DNA from: a virus
Reading direction: 5' to 3' (one strand)
IMG/VR virus record: IMGVR_UViG_3300044971_004534
Length of the DNA: 64,000 bases
The notes below the pieces were generated by a model. That model searched no databases. It was not told where the DNA came from and saw only the letters and a program-made list of their open reading frames with translations. The number at the start of each line of letters is the position of its first letter. Position 1 is the stretch's first letter. Shown here piece by piece: positions 32,809-41,455 of this stretch. A program made the translations under genes and the position numbers.

Positions 32809-32842
32809 CTCGTTTTCCCCCACCGCACCGGGGTTTGAGCCA
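32809..32842 (+). promoter_or_regulatory. conserved intergenic cassette copy 13 (leaderless class)
   Basis: core 32809-32821; TTG +14..16; ATG 32842 at +21. Confidence 0.55.
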
Positions 32843-33090
32843 TGTCGCGGCGAAAGCAAGAAAAGGAAGCACAATGGCGTCTGAGATATGGCGATGCAGT
32901 TGATTCGGATGCAACCATTGAATGCTCAGAGTGCGGCGAGGTGTTACTTGGTGATGGACCGATCATCGAAGTGGTCTGCCTTACCTGTTGGATGAGGCAA
33001 GACCCGCTTGAAGAACTACTTGAGATTGCAGAGGATAAGGATGAGCAGCAGCGAAGAACTACTCAACAAGATGGCAACTGCCCATCTTGA
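32842..33090 (+). CDS. Zn-ribbon-like small protein
   Basis: ORF track; CSEC...CLTC. Confidence 0.55.
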   Translation: MSRRKQEKEAQWRLRYGDAVDSDATIECSECGEVLLGDGPIIEVVCLTCWMRQDPLEELLEIAEDKDEQQRRTTQQDGNCPS

Positions 33091-33337
33091 GCCTCACATC
33101 AAGTCCGAGGTTTACGACTTCCTCAAGCGTGAGGAGCGCGAACTTTGCATCGACATTGATGATGCTGTAGAGTCTGCTCGTCAGGCACTCATTCCCATTG
33201 TGCATGAGGCGAAGGTGTCTTTTGAGGACTGTCACCTGATGCGGCTGCTTATCAAACAGGCAGTTCAGGAAGTCGGCTACGATGCAAGTGAGCCGTTTTT
33301 TGAACGAGAAGAATCGGGGTACTACAACGATGAATAG
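33041..33337 (+). CDS. hypothetical protein
   Basis: ATG 33041 (alt. 33071) in frame of ORF-track 33008..33337; overlaps previous gene by 50 (or 20) nt. Confidence 0.5.
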   Translation: MSSSEELLNKMATAHLEPHIKSEVYDFLKREERELCIDIDDAVESARQALIPIVHEAKVSFEDCHLMRLLIKQAVQEVGYDASEPFFEREESGYYNDE

Positions 33338-33527
33338 CGAAATCAGGAACCGGTTGAAGGAACTGATCGAAGGCGAAAGCAACTCAGAGATCAAGGAACT
33401 GTCTGCCATGCTGTTCTTCTCCATGACTTGCATGGAGTATGTGGGGCAAGTCGATCCTGAACTGCACAAGCGAGCCACCGCATTCGCAGCAGAGACTCAC
33501 GGGCTTGAAGGAGTTGACTTCTCCTGA
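33330..33527 (+). CDS. hypothetical protein
   Basis: ATG 33330 in frame of ORF-track 33282..33527; 8-nt overlap. Confidence 0.5.
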   Translation: MNSEIRNRLKELIEGESNSEIKELSAMLFFSMTCMEYVGQVDPELHKRATAFAAETHGLEGVDFS

Positions 33528-33559
33528 CTTTTTCCCCCTTGCCGGGGGAGGTTGTGGCA
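33526..33559 (+). promoter_or_regulatory. conserved intergenic cassette copy 14 (leaderless class)
   Basis: core GACTTTTTCCCCC 33526-33538; TTG +14..16; ATG 33559 at +21. Confidence 0.55.
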
Positions 33560-34086
33560 TGGCACGGTACGGCTATCAAACGCCCGCGCAAAAGAAAATC
33601 CGCGCAAAGGCAAGTCGCATCCTCAGGAACAAGGTTCCTGATGGGTGGCGTTTGCGCTTGTCCTTCAAGCGTGCAGCAAACCCACGAATGTTCCGCAAGG
33701 GCTTGCCCATTGTCATAGACAAGTACGACAAGTACTGGGTGACTGCGACAAAGTACCTTGGACCAACAAAGTCGCACAAGGGGTATCCATACCTCAAGTT
33801 GTTCCTGTACCCAAACGGTGACCGTGTGTGGAGCCTGAGCAACTGGGCTGACCAAGGCACCGCATCTCATGTCAGCACTCAACTGGCACTGCTTGCTGCC
33901 ACCGAAATGGATCGTGTGTTTCAATGCCTTGAAGCACTCTACGCCATGTGCGACACCGACAATGGTGGAATGAACTTCCTGATTGGAGTAAGCAAGGTCA
34001 AGACTCTCTCTGACTGGGCAGACTCTTTTTCCCCCGCCAAGGAAGATGTTGCATCATGGACGACAACACCATCATCTCCGTCTTGA
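33559..34086 (+). CDS. hypothetical protein (paralog of 35995..36465)
   Basis: ATG 33559 in frame of ORF-track 33439..34086; IRAKASRILRNKVPDGWRLRL resembles AKRKVAKKLKGRLPKGWSYKI. Confidence 0.6.
   Translation: MARYGYQTPAQKKIRAKASRILRNKVPDGWRLRLSFKRAANPRMFRKGLPIVIDKYDKYWVTATKYLGPTKSHKGYPYLKLFLYPNGDRVWSLSNWADQGTASHVSTQLALLAATEMDRVFQCLEALYAMCDTDNGGMNFLIGVSKVKTLSDWADSFSPAKEDVASWTTTPSSPS
34023..34056 (+). promoter_or_regulatory. conserved intergenic cassette copy 15 (leaderless class, inside upstream CDS)
   Basis: core 34023-34035; TTG +14..16; ATG 34056 at +21. Confidence 0.55.
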
Positions 34087-34766
34087 ATCAGAACGGCAGC
34101 GACTTTGCCAAGTCTCTCGTTGCTTCTCACGGCAAGTGGGGGCGTTGGACTCCCAAGCAGAGAGCGTGTGCTGAGGAGATCGTTCGTGTCACTCAGGCAC
34201 CGAAGCAGGAGGTTGCTTCTGCGGCACTGAAGGGCATTGTTGATCTGTTTGCCCGTCCGATTTCTCGCGGTATGAAGCGACCGAAGTTGTCCTTCATCTT
34301 GGATACAAAGAAGTTGACCATCAGCATGGCTCCTGCCATGAAGGGCAGCAGTCCTCACCCCAACGCAGGGTGCTTCTACGTCAAGTACGAAGGCTTGTAT
34401 TGCGGCAAGATCACTCCAAGTGGACTCTTTCAGGGTCGCCACGGGTTCGTTCCTCAGAACGTCATGGACTTCATGGAAGTGTTTGCCAAGGACCCCCTGA
34501 CGGTTGGCTCTGAGTACGGCAGAAAGAGCGGCTGCTGCTGCTTCTGCGGGATGGGTCTGAGCGATGGCAGGTCGCTCATCAAGGGCTACGGACCCGTCTG
34601 CGCCAATCATTGGGAACTTCCTTGGGGCGATGAGAAGGAGGAGAACATGAAGCGGTCTGAGCAGTCAGACATCGCTCCCGATGTCCCGATTATTCAACTC
34701 AGACAGGCTGCTCATGGGATGTCTGAGGGCTGCCGTGAAGATGTCGTAGACATTCATCCTGATTGA
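34056..34766 (+). CDS. protein with DUF6011-like C-terminal Cys motif
   Basis: CCFCGMGLSDGRSLIKGYGPVC resembles the CxxCGRxLTDxxSxxxGxGPxC motif as I remember it. Confidence 0.55.
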   Translation: MDDNTIISVLNQNGSDFAKSLVASHGKWGRWTPKQRACAEEIVRVTQAPKQEVASAALKGIVDLFARPISRGMKRPKLSFILDTKKLTISMAPAMKGSSPHPNAGCFYVKYEGLYCGKITPSGLFQGRHGFVPQNVMDFMEVFAKDPLTVGSEYGRKSGCCCFCGMGLSDGRSLIKGYGPVCANHWELPWGDEKEENMKRSEQSDIAPDVPIIQLRQAAHGMSEGCREDVVDIHPD

Positions 34767-34825
34767 AAGAATCTGATATACTCTGTCTTGACAGTTTCGA
34801 GACAGGGGCTAAACTGCCTAGCCGC

Positions 34826-34859
34826 CTCGTTTTCCCCCTTCCCCGGTGGGGTTAGGGCA
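34826..34859 (+). promoter_or_regulatory. conserved intergenic cassette copy 16
   Basis: core 34826-34838; TTA +14..16; A 34859 at +21; 49-nt leader with AAAGGA to ATG 34908. Confidence 0.55.
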
Positions 34860-34907
34860 GACGGCTTGAATGGCAAGCCTGAACAAAAGTCATAACAAAG
34901 GACGAAT

Positions 34908-35927
34908 ATGGCACACAACATCGTGACTGACGGCGCTCTCCGCGACCGGATGCTGATTGAGGGCGACAAGGGTTGGCACGGGCTGGGCGAGGATCGCAAG
35001 TCGATCTCCGCGAAGGATGTCCGTGAGGCGTTCCCGTGGGATTGGCAGATGGACGATCTCCTGCTGCCCAACGGCAACAAGGTGGACGGCTTCAAGGCTG
35101 TGACGAGCGAGGGCAACGCCGTGGGCGTTGTCGGTGACTCCTACACCATGATCGGCATTGACGATGTGGTGTCTCTCGCGGAGGACATCATCCTTCAGCA
35201 CGGCACGGGTCGCATCGTGTCGGCAGGTACGCTTCACGGTCGGCAGGACTTCTTCCTTGACCTTGAGTTGGGCAAGGAGTTCCGCAACGGCGATGATGTG
35301 AACAAGCCGTACATCGGTCTGTCCAACAACGCGGTCGGGTCGCGTCACTTCATCGGTGGAGCGCATATGCACCGCATCGTCTGTGCGAACACGCTCAACC
35401 TGATGATCGGTGAGGCAAAGACTTCTCCGCGCTGCCTCAAGGTGCGCCACACGAAGTCCGCTTTCAACCGCCTGTCGGAAGCGAAGCGCATCCTTGGTAT
35501 CGCTTGTGCGGCGTTCGACAAGGCTGACGCAGAGATGCAGGCGATGATCGCCAAGTCTCTGACCGATGCAGAGGTCGAAGCGTACTACAACACGATCATG
35601 CCCGTGCAGGCAGTCCCCGGACTCTCTGCGGGCGAGAACGCGGAGCAGTACGAGGCGAAGGTCGAGAAGATCGAACGCGCTAACCGCAAGACGGAGCGTG
35701 TCCGCGATGTGTGGTGGGACACGCTGAACACGGAGCGTCAGATTCTCAAGTCTGCGTCGCCCAACCTGTGGCTCGCTATGAACAGCGTGACCAAGTGGGC
35801 GCAGCACGACCGCTCTGTGCGCGGCGAGTCCGATGATCCGATGATGCGCCTGTGGAGCAATCGGTTCAGCGATGGGTTCGACCGGACGAACGAGGCTCAC
35901 GATATCGCGGTGGCGATGCTCAAGTGA
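34908..35927 (+). CDS. DUF932 (phage/plasmid-like protein, TIGR03299-type)
   Basis: GWHGLG..., DSYTMIG, RIVCANTLN, LKVRHTKS motifs match my memory of DUF932. Confidence 0.8.
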   Translation: MAHNIVTDGALRDRMLIEGDKGWHGLGEDRKSISAKDVREAFPWDWQMDDLLLPNGNKVDGFKAVTSEGNAVGVVGDSYTMIGIDDVVSLAEDIILQHGTGRIVSAGTLHGRQDFFLDLELGKEFRNGDDVNKPYIGLSNNAVGSRHFIGGAHMHRIVCANTLNLMIGEAKTSPRCLKVRHTKSAFNRLSEAKRILGIACAAFDKADAEMQAMIAKSLTDAEVEAYYNTIMPVQAVPGLSAGENAEQYEAKVEKIERANRKTERVRDVWWDTLNTERQILKSASPNLWLAMNSVTKWAQHDRSVRGESDDPMMRLWSNRFSDGFDRTNEAHDIAVAMLK

Positions 35928-35934
35928 CCGGGAT

Positions 35935-35969
35935 GGGGAGGGGCGCAAGCCCCTCCCCTCTCTCGTTTT
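35935..35969 (+). terminator. rho-independent terminator fused to cassette copy 17
   Basis: GGGGAGGGGC-gcaa-GCCCCTCCCC stem, then TCTCTCGTTTT. Confidence 0.75.
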
Positions 35970-35995
35970 CCCCCTCAACCGGAGTGTTTGAGATA
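35962..35995 (+). promoter_or_regulatory. conserved intergenic cassette copy 17 (leaderless class)
   Basis: core 35962-35974; TTG +14..16; ATG 35995 at +21. Confidence 0.55.
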
Positions 35996-36465
35996 TGTCG
36001 CTAGTCAACTATCGAACGATGACCCCATACGAGTGGACCCCGGAGCAGGCGCGTAATGGGAAGTTTGAGACTGCCAAGCGCAAGGTCGCCAAGAAGTTGA
36101 AGGGCAGGCTTCCAAAGGGATGGTCTTACAAGATCATCGCTCCATACAACCACGGCAAGGTGCGGTGGGAGATCAAGATGGATTATGGTCCGCACCCGTG
36201 GATCACGATTCGTTGGCGTCCGTGCATGGCTGAAAAGGATTCCGTGCTTCACTATTGGATGGAAGTGAATGAGTCCAATCAAGGTTGTCCTGAGTTTGAC
36301 CCTTTGAGTGGTGCAAATGCGGTCATGCGTGATCTGCCGATCATCCTTGATGTGGTGCAGGACATCTTTGACGGACTGAATCCTGATCCGCTCATGCAAC
36401 TCCACGCGATGGCAAAGAAGGCAACTGCCTCGTTTTCCCCCTCATCCGTGCAGGTTGAGGCATGA
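35995..36465 (+). CDS. hypothetical protein (paralog of 33559..34086)
   Basis: ORF track. Confidence 0.6.
   Translation: MSLVNYRTMTPYEWTPEQARNGKFETAKRKVAKKLKGRLPKGWSYKIIAPYNHGKVRWEIKMDYGPHPWITIRWRPCMAEKDSVLHYWMEVNESNQGCPEFDPLSGANAVMRDLPIILDVVQDIFDGLNPDPLMQLHAMAKKATASFSPSSVQVEA
36429..36462 (+). promoter_or_regulatory. conserved intergenic cassette copy 18
   Basis: core 36429-36441; TTG +14..16; ATG 36462 at +21 opens only a doubtful 58-aa ORF. Confidence 0.45.
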
Positions 36466-36507
36466 GGAGCCTTTATTCCAAGTCGATAAAGACGAGCAGG
36501 CTGAAGT

Positions 36508-36541
36508 CTCTTTTTCCCCCTCCAACGGTACACCTGGTAAC
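36508..36541 (+). promoter_or_regulatory. conserved intergenic cassette copy 19
   Basis: core 36508-36520; CTG at +14..16 (variant); leader with GAAAGG to ATG 36589. Confidence 0.45.
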
Positions 36542-36588
36542 ACCAACGAGTCCGGTTTTTTCAACCACAACGCAGAAAGGCAAGAACA

Positions 36589-36981
36589 ATGGCGTACAAG
36601 TGCGTGGCTCATCTGGGCGGCAACGAGGGCGAAGGTAGTCACAGTTGGGAGTTCGACCTTCCCACCGTGGAGGAGTGTCTGGATCAGTTGTTCTACAACA
36701 TGAACCACGAGGAAACGACTCCTCTCAATGCTCGTTCCATGTCCGTTGGCGATTGCGCCAGCGTGTCAAACATGAGCAAGCATGTCTCTCTTACCCGTCA
36801 CTTCATCTGCCTTTCGGTGGGTTGGTGCGAGGTGACGGAGCATGTCCTGCACAAGTGGATGCGGCATGACTGGAACCGCAGGATGCTGCACCCGCTTGTT
36901 GGCGTGACCGATCCTCTACTGGCACTGCTTCATGTGCAGAAGATGGATGCGGGATTCATGCGGATGGGCGAGAAGGTTTAG
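36589..36981 (+). CDS. hypothetical protein
   Basis: ORF track; SD GAAAGG upstream. Confidence 0.6.
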   Translation: MAYKCVAHLGGNEGEGSHSWEFDLPTVEECLDQLFYNMNHEETTPLNARSMSVGDCASVSNMSKHVSLTRHFICLSVGWCEVTEHVLHKWMRHDWNRRMLHPLVGVTDPLLALLHVQKMDAGFMRMGEKV

Positions 36982-36989
36982 TCAGTCGC

Positions 36990-37023
36990 CTCGTTTTCCC
37001 CCTTAGATGGGGAGGTTGCAGCA
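36990..37023 (+). promoter_or_regulatory. conserved intergenic cassette copy 20 (leaderless class)
   Basis: core 36990-37002; TTG +14..16; ATG 37023 at +21. Confidence 0.55.
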
Positions 37024-37508
37024 TGGCTACACGAAGCATGATCGGAATGACCCTGACCAACGGCGAGATCAAGGCGATCTATTGCCATTGGGACGGGTAC
37101 ATCAGCAACAACGGCATGATTCTTTACAACTGCTACAACACGGTTGAGCAAGTTGAAGCCCTCATGTCTCTTGGCGACCTGTCAAGCCTCCGCGAAAAGT
37201 TGGGCGAGAAGCATGACATGACCGATCCTCTCAATAAGGTCGGAAGCGACAATGGATGGTGTACGGCTTTCGGGCGTGACCGTGGCGACGAGGGTTGTGA
37301 AGCGCGAATCCTCAAGGACAACCGGAAACTCAAGTCACTTGCCCAAAGTGTTTGGGCTGAATGGATTTACCTGTACGACTGCCACAACAAGGAGTGGCTT
37401 GTAAAGCCCACATCAGAAGGTCGTTACAGGAAGTTGTACGATGTTCTTCTTGAGGATGGGTTGATTGATCCCATTGATGAACTTCTAAATACGGCAAAGC
37501 AGGACTAA
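37023..37508 (+). CDS. hypothetical protein
   Basis: ORF track; SMIGMTLTNGEIKAIYCHWDGY N-terminus recalls a common phage family I cannot name. Confidence 0.65.
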   Translation: MATRSMIGMTLTNGEIKAIYCHWDGYISNNGMILYNCYNTVEQVEALMSLGDLSSLREKLGEKHDMTDPLNKVGSDNGWCTAFGRDRGDEGCEARILKDNRKLKSLAQSVWAEWIYLYDCHNKEWLVKPTSEGRYRKLYDVLLEDGLIDPIDELLNTAKQD

Positions 37509-37516
37509 GCAACTCC

Positions 37517-37550
37517 CTCGTTTTCCCCCTCCCCTGCCGGGTTTGGGGCA
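37517..37550 (+). promoter_or_regulatory. conserved intergenic cassette copy 21
   Basis: core 37517-37529; TTG +14..16; A 37550 at +21; leader with AAAGGA to ATG 37581. Confidence 0.55.
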
Positions 37551-37580
37551 GCACAGGTCATCAACACAAAGGAACTCACT

Positions 37581-37961
37581 ATGGGCGCATGGGGATACAA
37601 GGCATTCGACAACGATCACGCTCTTGATTGGGCTGGCATCGTGATCGACGACGCTTTTTGGGGCAAGGTCAAGAAGGGTCTTGAAGGCAATAATCACGAT
37701 GAGATTCGTGCTGCTGCCGGAATCACCATCGCGGTTCTCTCCGGTTGCCGTGGAGTTACTCCCTACGGCTTCAACATCCTGAAGATTGCATACGATGCGC
37801 TGAAGCGTGTCTTGAATGACAGCGAGTGGCTTGATTCGTGGGACAACCCCGAAGCGGTCAGAAAAGAAATCAAGCAGCAGATGAATGATCTAGCAAAGAT
37901 CAACCCTGCTACGACTCTTTCCGAAGTTCTTGCCGAATGTGACACGGAACTGTCACAGTAA
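37581..37961 (+). CDS. DUF4259-like protein
   Basis: MGAWGYKAFDNDHALDW N-terminus matches my memory of DUF4259. Confidence 0.65.
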   Translation: MGAWGYKAFDNDHALDWAGIVIDDAFWGKVKKGLEGNNHDEIRAAAGITIAVLSGCRGVTPYGFNILKIAYDALKRVLNDSEWLDSWDNPEAVRKEIKQQMNDLAKINPATTLSEVLAECDTELSQ

Positions 37962-37975
37962 ACGAAAGGAAACAC

Positions 37976-38332
37976 ATGAAGCCCAATGTCCCTGAGCGTC
38001 TTGCCATCGCTACCGTCCTGATCGGATGCGGGAGCCTCCGTGCTGCCCTCATCAAGATGAACGAGAAGGATCGCAAGTGGTGCAACTCTATCCGTACTCA
38101 CTTTGACAACATTCAGCAGTCCCTCACGGGTTCAGACATCTCCATGCGCGCTGCCGTCAATGCGTGGGACGAAGTGAAGCAGATTCTTGACGATGGTTTC
38201 AACGGAACCCCCTACAGCGCGGACGAGATTGACGATGTGATGTACCTGTTCGGTGCCGTGGACGAGACTTTCTACGCCATGCTTGACAAGGCTGGCGTTC
38301 CGTTTGAACCCGAAATCAATATGCAGGACTAA
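37976..38332 (+). CDS. hypothetical protein
   Basis: ORF track; SD GAAAGGAAACAC. Confidence 0.6.
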   Translation: MKPNVPERLAIATVLIGCGSLRAALIKMNEKDRKWCNSIRTHFDNIQQSLTGSDISMRAAVNAWDEVKQILDDGFNGTPYSADEIDDVMYLFGAVDETFYAMLDKAGVPFEPEINMQD

Positions 38333-38334
38333 CC

Positions 38335-38499
38335 ATGAACGACCCCTATTCCAACTTCCCGCTTCAGCAGAAGCAGATCACCTACTGCATGGCTTGCCCC
38401 GAAGGTAGGTATGTCGCCCATTCGTGGATCAGTCTTGGATGGGCAATCCTGCGGCACCGCATTTGGCACCTGTTCAAGCATGGCAGGTGGATGGACTGA
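38335..38499 (+). CDS. small hypothetical protein (54 aa)
   Basis: Hand-translated MNDPYSNFPLQQKQITYCMACPEGRYVAHSW...; fills the gap before cassette copy 22. Confidence 0.4.
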   Translation: MNDPYSNFPLQQKQITYCMACPEGRYVAHSWISLGWAILRHRIWHLFKHGRWMD

Positions 38500-38531
38500 C
38501 TTTTTCCCCCTGCCCGAAAGGACTTGAGGCA
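38498..38531 (+). promoter_or_regulatory. conserved intergenic cassette copy 22 (leaderless class)
   Basis: core GACTTTTTCCCCC 38498-38510; TTG +14..16; ATG 38531 at +21. Confidence 0.55.
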
Positions 38532-39118
38532 TGGCACACCGCACCCGAAGATTCGTCATTGATTGCGAAACTAACGCCATCAACTTTGATGCTTGGCACA
38601 AGGGTGACTTCAGTTCCCTGAAGTCCGTTCATTGTCTTGTCGCCATTGACGCAGACACGAACAAGGTGTATCGGTTCCGTGAGGAGCGAGTCCGTGACGG
38701 CATCATTTGGATCTTCAACCAAGCGAACGAAGTCATCGCTCATTACGCGAAGTTCGATGTGCAGGTGATTGAGTCCTACATTGGGGCAAAGTTCCCCAAA
38801 GAAGTTGTCATCACCTGTACGCAGAAGATGGCAAAGGAACTGTTCCCCAACGGGTACCGTGAGGATCGGGTTCCCGAAGGTCAGCGTGGTCGGCACAAGT
38901 TGGAGACTTGGGGATTCCGTTTGGGCATCCACAAGGGTTTGTTCAACAAGAAGACCAATCCGTTCTCGCAGTATTCCGATGAAATGATGGAGTATTGCGT
39001 CCGTGACTGCACCGTGACTCTTGCGCTGCACCGATTCTTGTCGCGCCGCAAGCGTTGGGGCAAGTTGGCTTCAATCTTTGACTACTTCTCTCCCATTGAG
39101 GAGCCGCAAGTGGCGTAA
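38531..39118 (+). CDS. DnaQ/DEDD-type 3'-5' exonuclease (Pol A exonuclease-domain-like)
   Basis: ExoI VIDCETN, ExoII HYAKFDVQVI, ExoIII EYCVRD in canonical order. Confidence 0.75.
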   Translation: MAHRTRRFVIDCETNAINFDAWHKGDFSSLKSVHCLVAIDADTNKVYRFREERVRDGIIWIFNQANEVIAHYAKFDVQVIESYIGAKFPKEVVITCTQKMAKELFPNGYREDRVPEGQRGRHKLETWGFRLGIHKGLFNKKTNPFSQYSDEMMEYCVRDCTVTLALHRFLSRRKRWGKLASIFDYFSPIEEPQVA

Positions 39119-39131
39119 AGAAGGCAACTGC

Positions 39132-39165
39132 CTCGTTTTCCCCCACCGCCCACCGCTTTGAGGCA
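39132..39165 (+). promoter_or_regulatory. conserved intergenic cassette copy 23
   Basis: core 39132-39144; TTG +14..16; A 39165 at +21; 13-nt leader GAAAGGAAACTC to ATG 39178. Confidence 0.55.
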
Positions 39166-39177
39166 GAAAGGAAACTC

Positions 39178-39723
39178 ATGCCAAACTGGTGTCTGAACAA
39201 GGTTCGTATCAAGGCAAAGCCCGCAACTCTCGCAGCGATCAAGGAAACGCTGAAGGGCAAGGAGTATGTTCGCCCCTTCAACTTTGAGAAGCGAGAGGAT
39301 GGCGAACTCACCTGTGTGGACAGCATCTTCTGCTTCCACAGCATCATTCCGCAGCCTGACGAGATTCTCGACCCGGAAGATCCGCGCCGCAAGGCAAAGA
39401 TGTCATCTGCGGAGATTCTTGAGCGTCTGTCCAAGAAGGAAGAGAAGGGTATGCCAGAGTGGTGGAACTGGCGTGTCAACAACTGGGGCACGAAGTGGTC
39501 GGTGAACGGAGAGGACATCGGATTTGAGGAGAAGAAGGGTTCAATGATCTACTCCTTTGATACCGCATGGGCACCTCCTGAACCCGTGATCCAAAAACTG
39601 TCGGAGATGTTCCCCGATGCGAACATCCTGCTCTCGTTTTACGAGCCGGGGTGTATCGGTCGCGGAAGCGTCACCTACAAGGATGGCGAAATCATCAAGA
39701 CAACCGGAGTGGGCGTTGACTGA
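39178..39723 (+). CDS. DUF1281 / Api92-like ferredoxin-fold protein
   Basis: MPNWCLNKVRI start and NNWGTKW motif match my memory of DUF1281. Confidence 0.6.
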   Translation: MPNWCLNKVRIKAKPATLAAIKETLKGKEYVRPFNFEKREDGELTCVDSIFCFHSIIPQPDEILDPEDPRRKAKMSSAEILERLSKKEEKGMPEWWNWRVNNWGTKWSVNGEDIGFEEKKGSMIYSFDTAWAPPEPVIQKLSEMFPDANILLSFYEPGCIGRGSVTYKDGEIIKTTGVGVD

Positions 39724-39761
39724 CGACGGAATGGGGTGGCGGGATGAAATACTCCCGCCGC

Positions 39762-39795
39762 CTCGTTTTCCCCCTGCCCGAAAGGACTTGGAGCA
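39762..39795 (+). promoter_or_regulatory. conserved intergenic cassette copy 24 (leaderless class)
   Basis: core 39762-39774 after hairpin 39738-39759; TTG +14..16; ATG 39795 at +21. Confidence 0.55.
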
Positions 39796-40229
39796 TGAGC
39801 AACTCAACCTACGAGCGCGAAACGGACATCATCCTCAACGGTATCTCCCTGAAGTCCGCACCGGGCTGGAAGATCGACCTGACCCTGAAGGTCAAGTACG
39901 AGTGGGTGCGTGGCGGCATCGGAGCCTACGAGTTCTGGGGAGCGCGTGGTGTGGACATCGGTGGCGGATGGGAGTGGGTGGAGTACGGCGTTGAAGGCAT
40001 CAAGGCTTCCAACGACAGCGGAACCGTACTGACCGCTACCAACAGCCAACAGTTCAACCCGGATTTCGTCAGCGGTGTTCTCTCTGACTACGGGATCAAC
40101 CTGTACGAATGGCTGAACGAGATCAACGACAGCGAGATCATCCAAGACATGATTATCGACAAGTGTCCTGATTGGACTGACCCCCGCTATGACGGGATGC
40201 CCGATGACAACTCACCTGATGGAGACTGA
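39795..40229 (+). CDS. hypothetical protein
   Basis: ATG 39795 in frame of ORF-track 39744..40229. Confidence 0.6.
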   Translation: MSNSTYERETDIILNGISLKSAPGWKIDLTLKVKYEWVRGGIGAYEFWGARGVDIGGGWEWVEYGVEGIKASNDSGTVLTATNSQQFNPDFVSGVLSDYGINLYEWLNEINDSEIIQDMIIDKCPDWTDPRYDGMPDDNSPDGD

Positions 40230-40230
40230 T

Positions 40231-40431
40231 ATGGAACCCAAGTACCCAAACATCACCGTGCAACTGGTTGGACAGGACGGCAACGCTTTCGCCATTCTTG
40301 GTCGCGTTCAGAGGGAAATGAAGCGTGGCGGCGTTCCTCGCAACGAGATCGACAACTTCATGTCAGAGGCAACGAAGGGCAACTACGATGAACTTCTTGT
40401 CACCGTTATGAAGTGGGTGGAAGTGGAGTAA
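40231..40431 (+). CDS. small hypothetical protein (66 aa)
   Basis: ATG 40231 after GGAG, abuts previous stop; frame of ORF-track 40189..40431. Confidence 0.6.
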   Translation: MEPKYPNITVQLVGQDGNAFAILGRVQREMKRGGVPRNEIDNFMSEATKGNYDELLVTVMKWVEVE

Positions 40432-40440
40432 GGCAACTGC

Positions 40441-40474
40441 CTCGTTTTCCCCCACCGAAGGAGGTGTTGCATCG
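40441..40474 (+). promoter_or_regulatory. conserved intergenic cassette copy 25 (leaderless class, GTG)
   Basis: core 40441-40453; TTG +14..16; GTG 40474 at +21. Confidence 0.5.
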
Positions 40475-40872
40475 TGGACGCAAAGCACCCGATCAGAAAC
40501 TTGGTATACGAACGCATGACAACTCTCGCATCGTGCACCGTAGGAACGATTGATGTCCTCAACGAGATGCTCCCATCTCTTGAGAATGACGAGATCGACC
40601 CAAACGCGATTGCGTTTCAGACGGATGAGTTCCGTGCGATGATGAAGGAGACCTACAGCGGTCAGCACATTGCTATGGTTCTGTATCCGAACGGACAGAC
40701 CATGCACCGCAGGTTCTACTGTTGGTATGTCAGCACCGAACACAACAAGAGCGGAAATGCGTGGATGATCCTCACCCACCGACATCCCGACTTGTTCACG
40801 AAGGGCAAGATCATGCGACCTGATGACTTCACAAAGAGCATGGCACTGCTTCAGACGATGGAAACCAAGTGA
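40474..40872 (+). CDS. hypothetical protein
   Basis: ORF track (GTG start). Confidence 0.55.
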   Translation: MDAKHPIRNLVYERMTTLASCTVGTIDVLNEMLPSLENDEIDPNAIAFQTDEFRAMMKETYSGQHIAMVLYPNGQTMHRRFYCWYVSTEHNKSGNAWMILTHRHPDLFTKGKIMRPDDFTKSMALLQTMETK

Positions 40873-40881
40873 GGCACCGCA

Positions 40882-41187
40882 ATGAAGATCAAGAAGGCAA
40901 TCGCTGAACTCAAGCGTTTGGAGAAGGAGTTTGGAGGAGATCAGCACATCTGCTGCTTCTATGTGTGTCCAAACTTTGTAATCGACTCTGCAAGTCATCA
41001 AGACAAGTCCATTACCGCAGAAATCGCGGGAAAGATTCTGAAGGAAGTGATGGCAGAGGAGGAGCGCGAAGGACATATGTTCCGCGTGTTCTCCGATCTT
41101 GTCGATGCCTACATCGCTGATTACGACCCTGACCCCCTTGACGATCTCGTAGACGCAGCAAAGTCCAAGAAGAAAGGCAAGAAATGA
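40882..41187 (+). CDS. hypothetical protein
   Basis: ORF track. Confidence 0.6.
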   Translation: MKIKKAIAELKRLEKEFGGDQHICCFYVCPNFVIDSASHQDKSITAEIAGKILKEVMAEEEREGHMFRVFSDLVDAYIADYDPDPLDDLVDAAKSKKKGKK

Positions 41188-41447
41188 CGCATCCTGCAAA
41201 CAAGCAAACCGCTGATTTCCTCCTCAAGCAGCAGCGGCGTGTGTTCACCATCGACCTAACTGCCCTTGATGTCGCTGACCATCTTGGTTGCAGCGAGGAG
41301 CGCGCAGAGCGTGTCATTGAAGATATGTCTCACAACTGCGATGCTCTGTTTGACTACATCTGGAACCTTGTTGACGAGTGTGCAACGGGGATTCCTGAAG
41401 ATCCAATCGCTGACCTGATGGATGCGGCGAAGAAGGACGAGAAGTAA
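41184..41447 (+). CDS. hypothetical protein
   Basis: ORF track; ATGA overlap; C-terminus DPIADLMDAAKK resembles DPLDDLVDAAKSKK of the previous product. Confidence 0.6.
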   Translation: MTHPANKQTADFLLKQQRRVFTIDLTALDVADHLGCSEERAERVIEDMSHNCDALFDYIWNLVDECATGIPEDPIADLMDAAKKDEK

Positions 41448-41455
41448 GCAGCCGC

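Noticed and set aside
34788-34815. TTGACA-N16-TAAACT as a promoter upstream of the DUF932 gene
   Set aside because: The TTGACA is part of a CTGTCT...AGACAG hairpin, and a full cassette copy follows 11 nt later. It is ambiguous, so it was not listed as a feature.
34890-36008. 372-aa minus-strand ORF
   Set aside because: It is antisense to the DUF932 gene, which has recognisable family motifs. It is an Arg/His/Leu-rich shadow frame.
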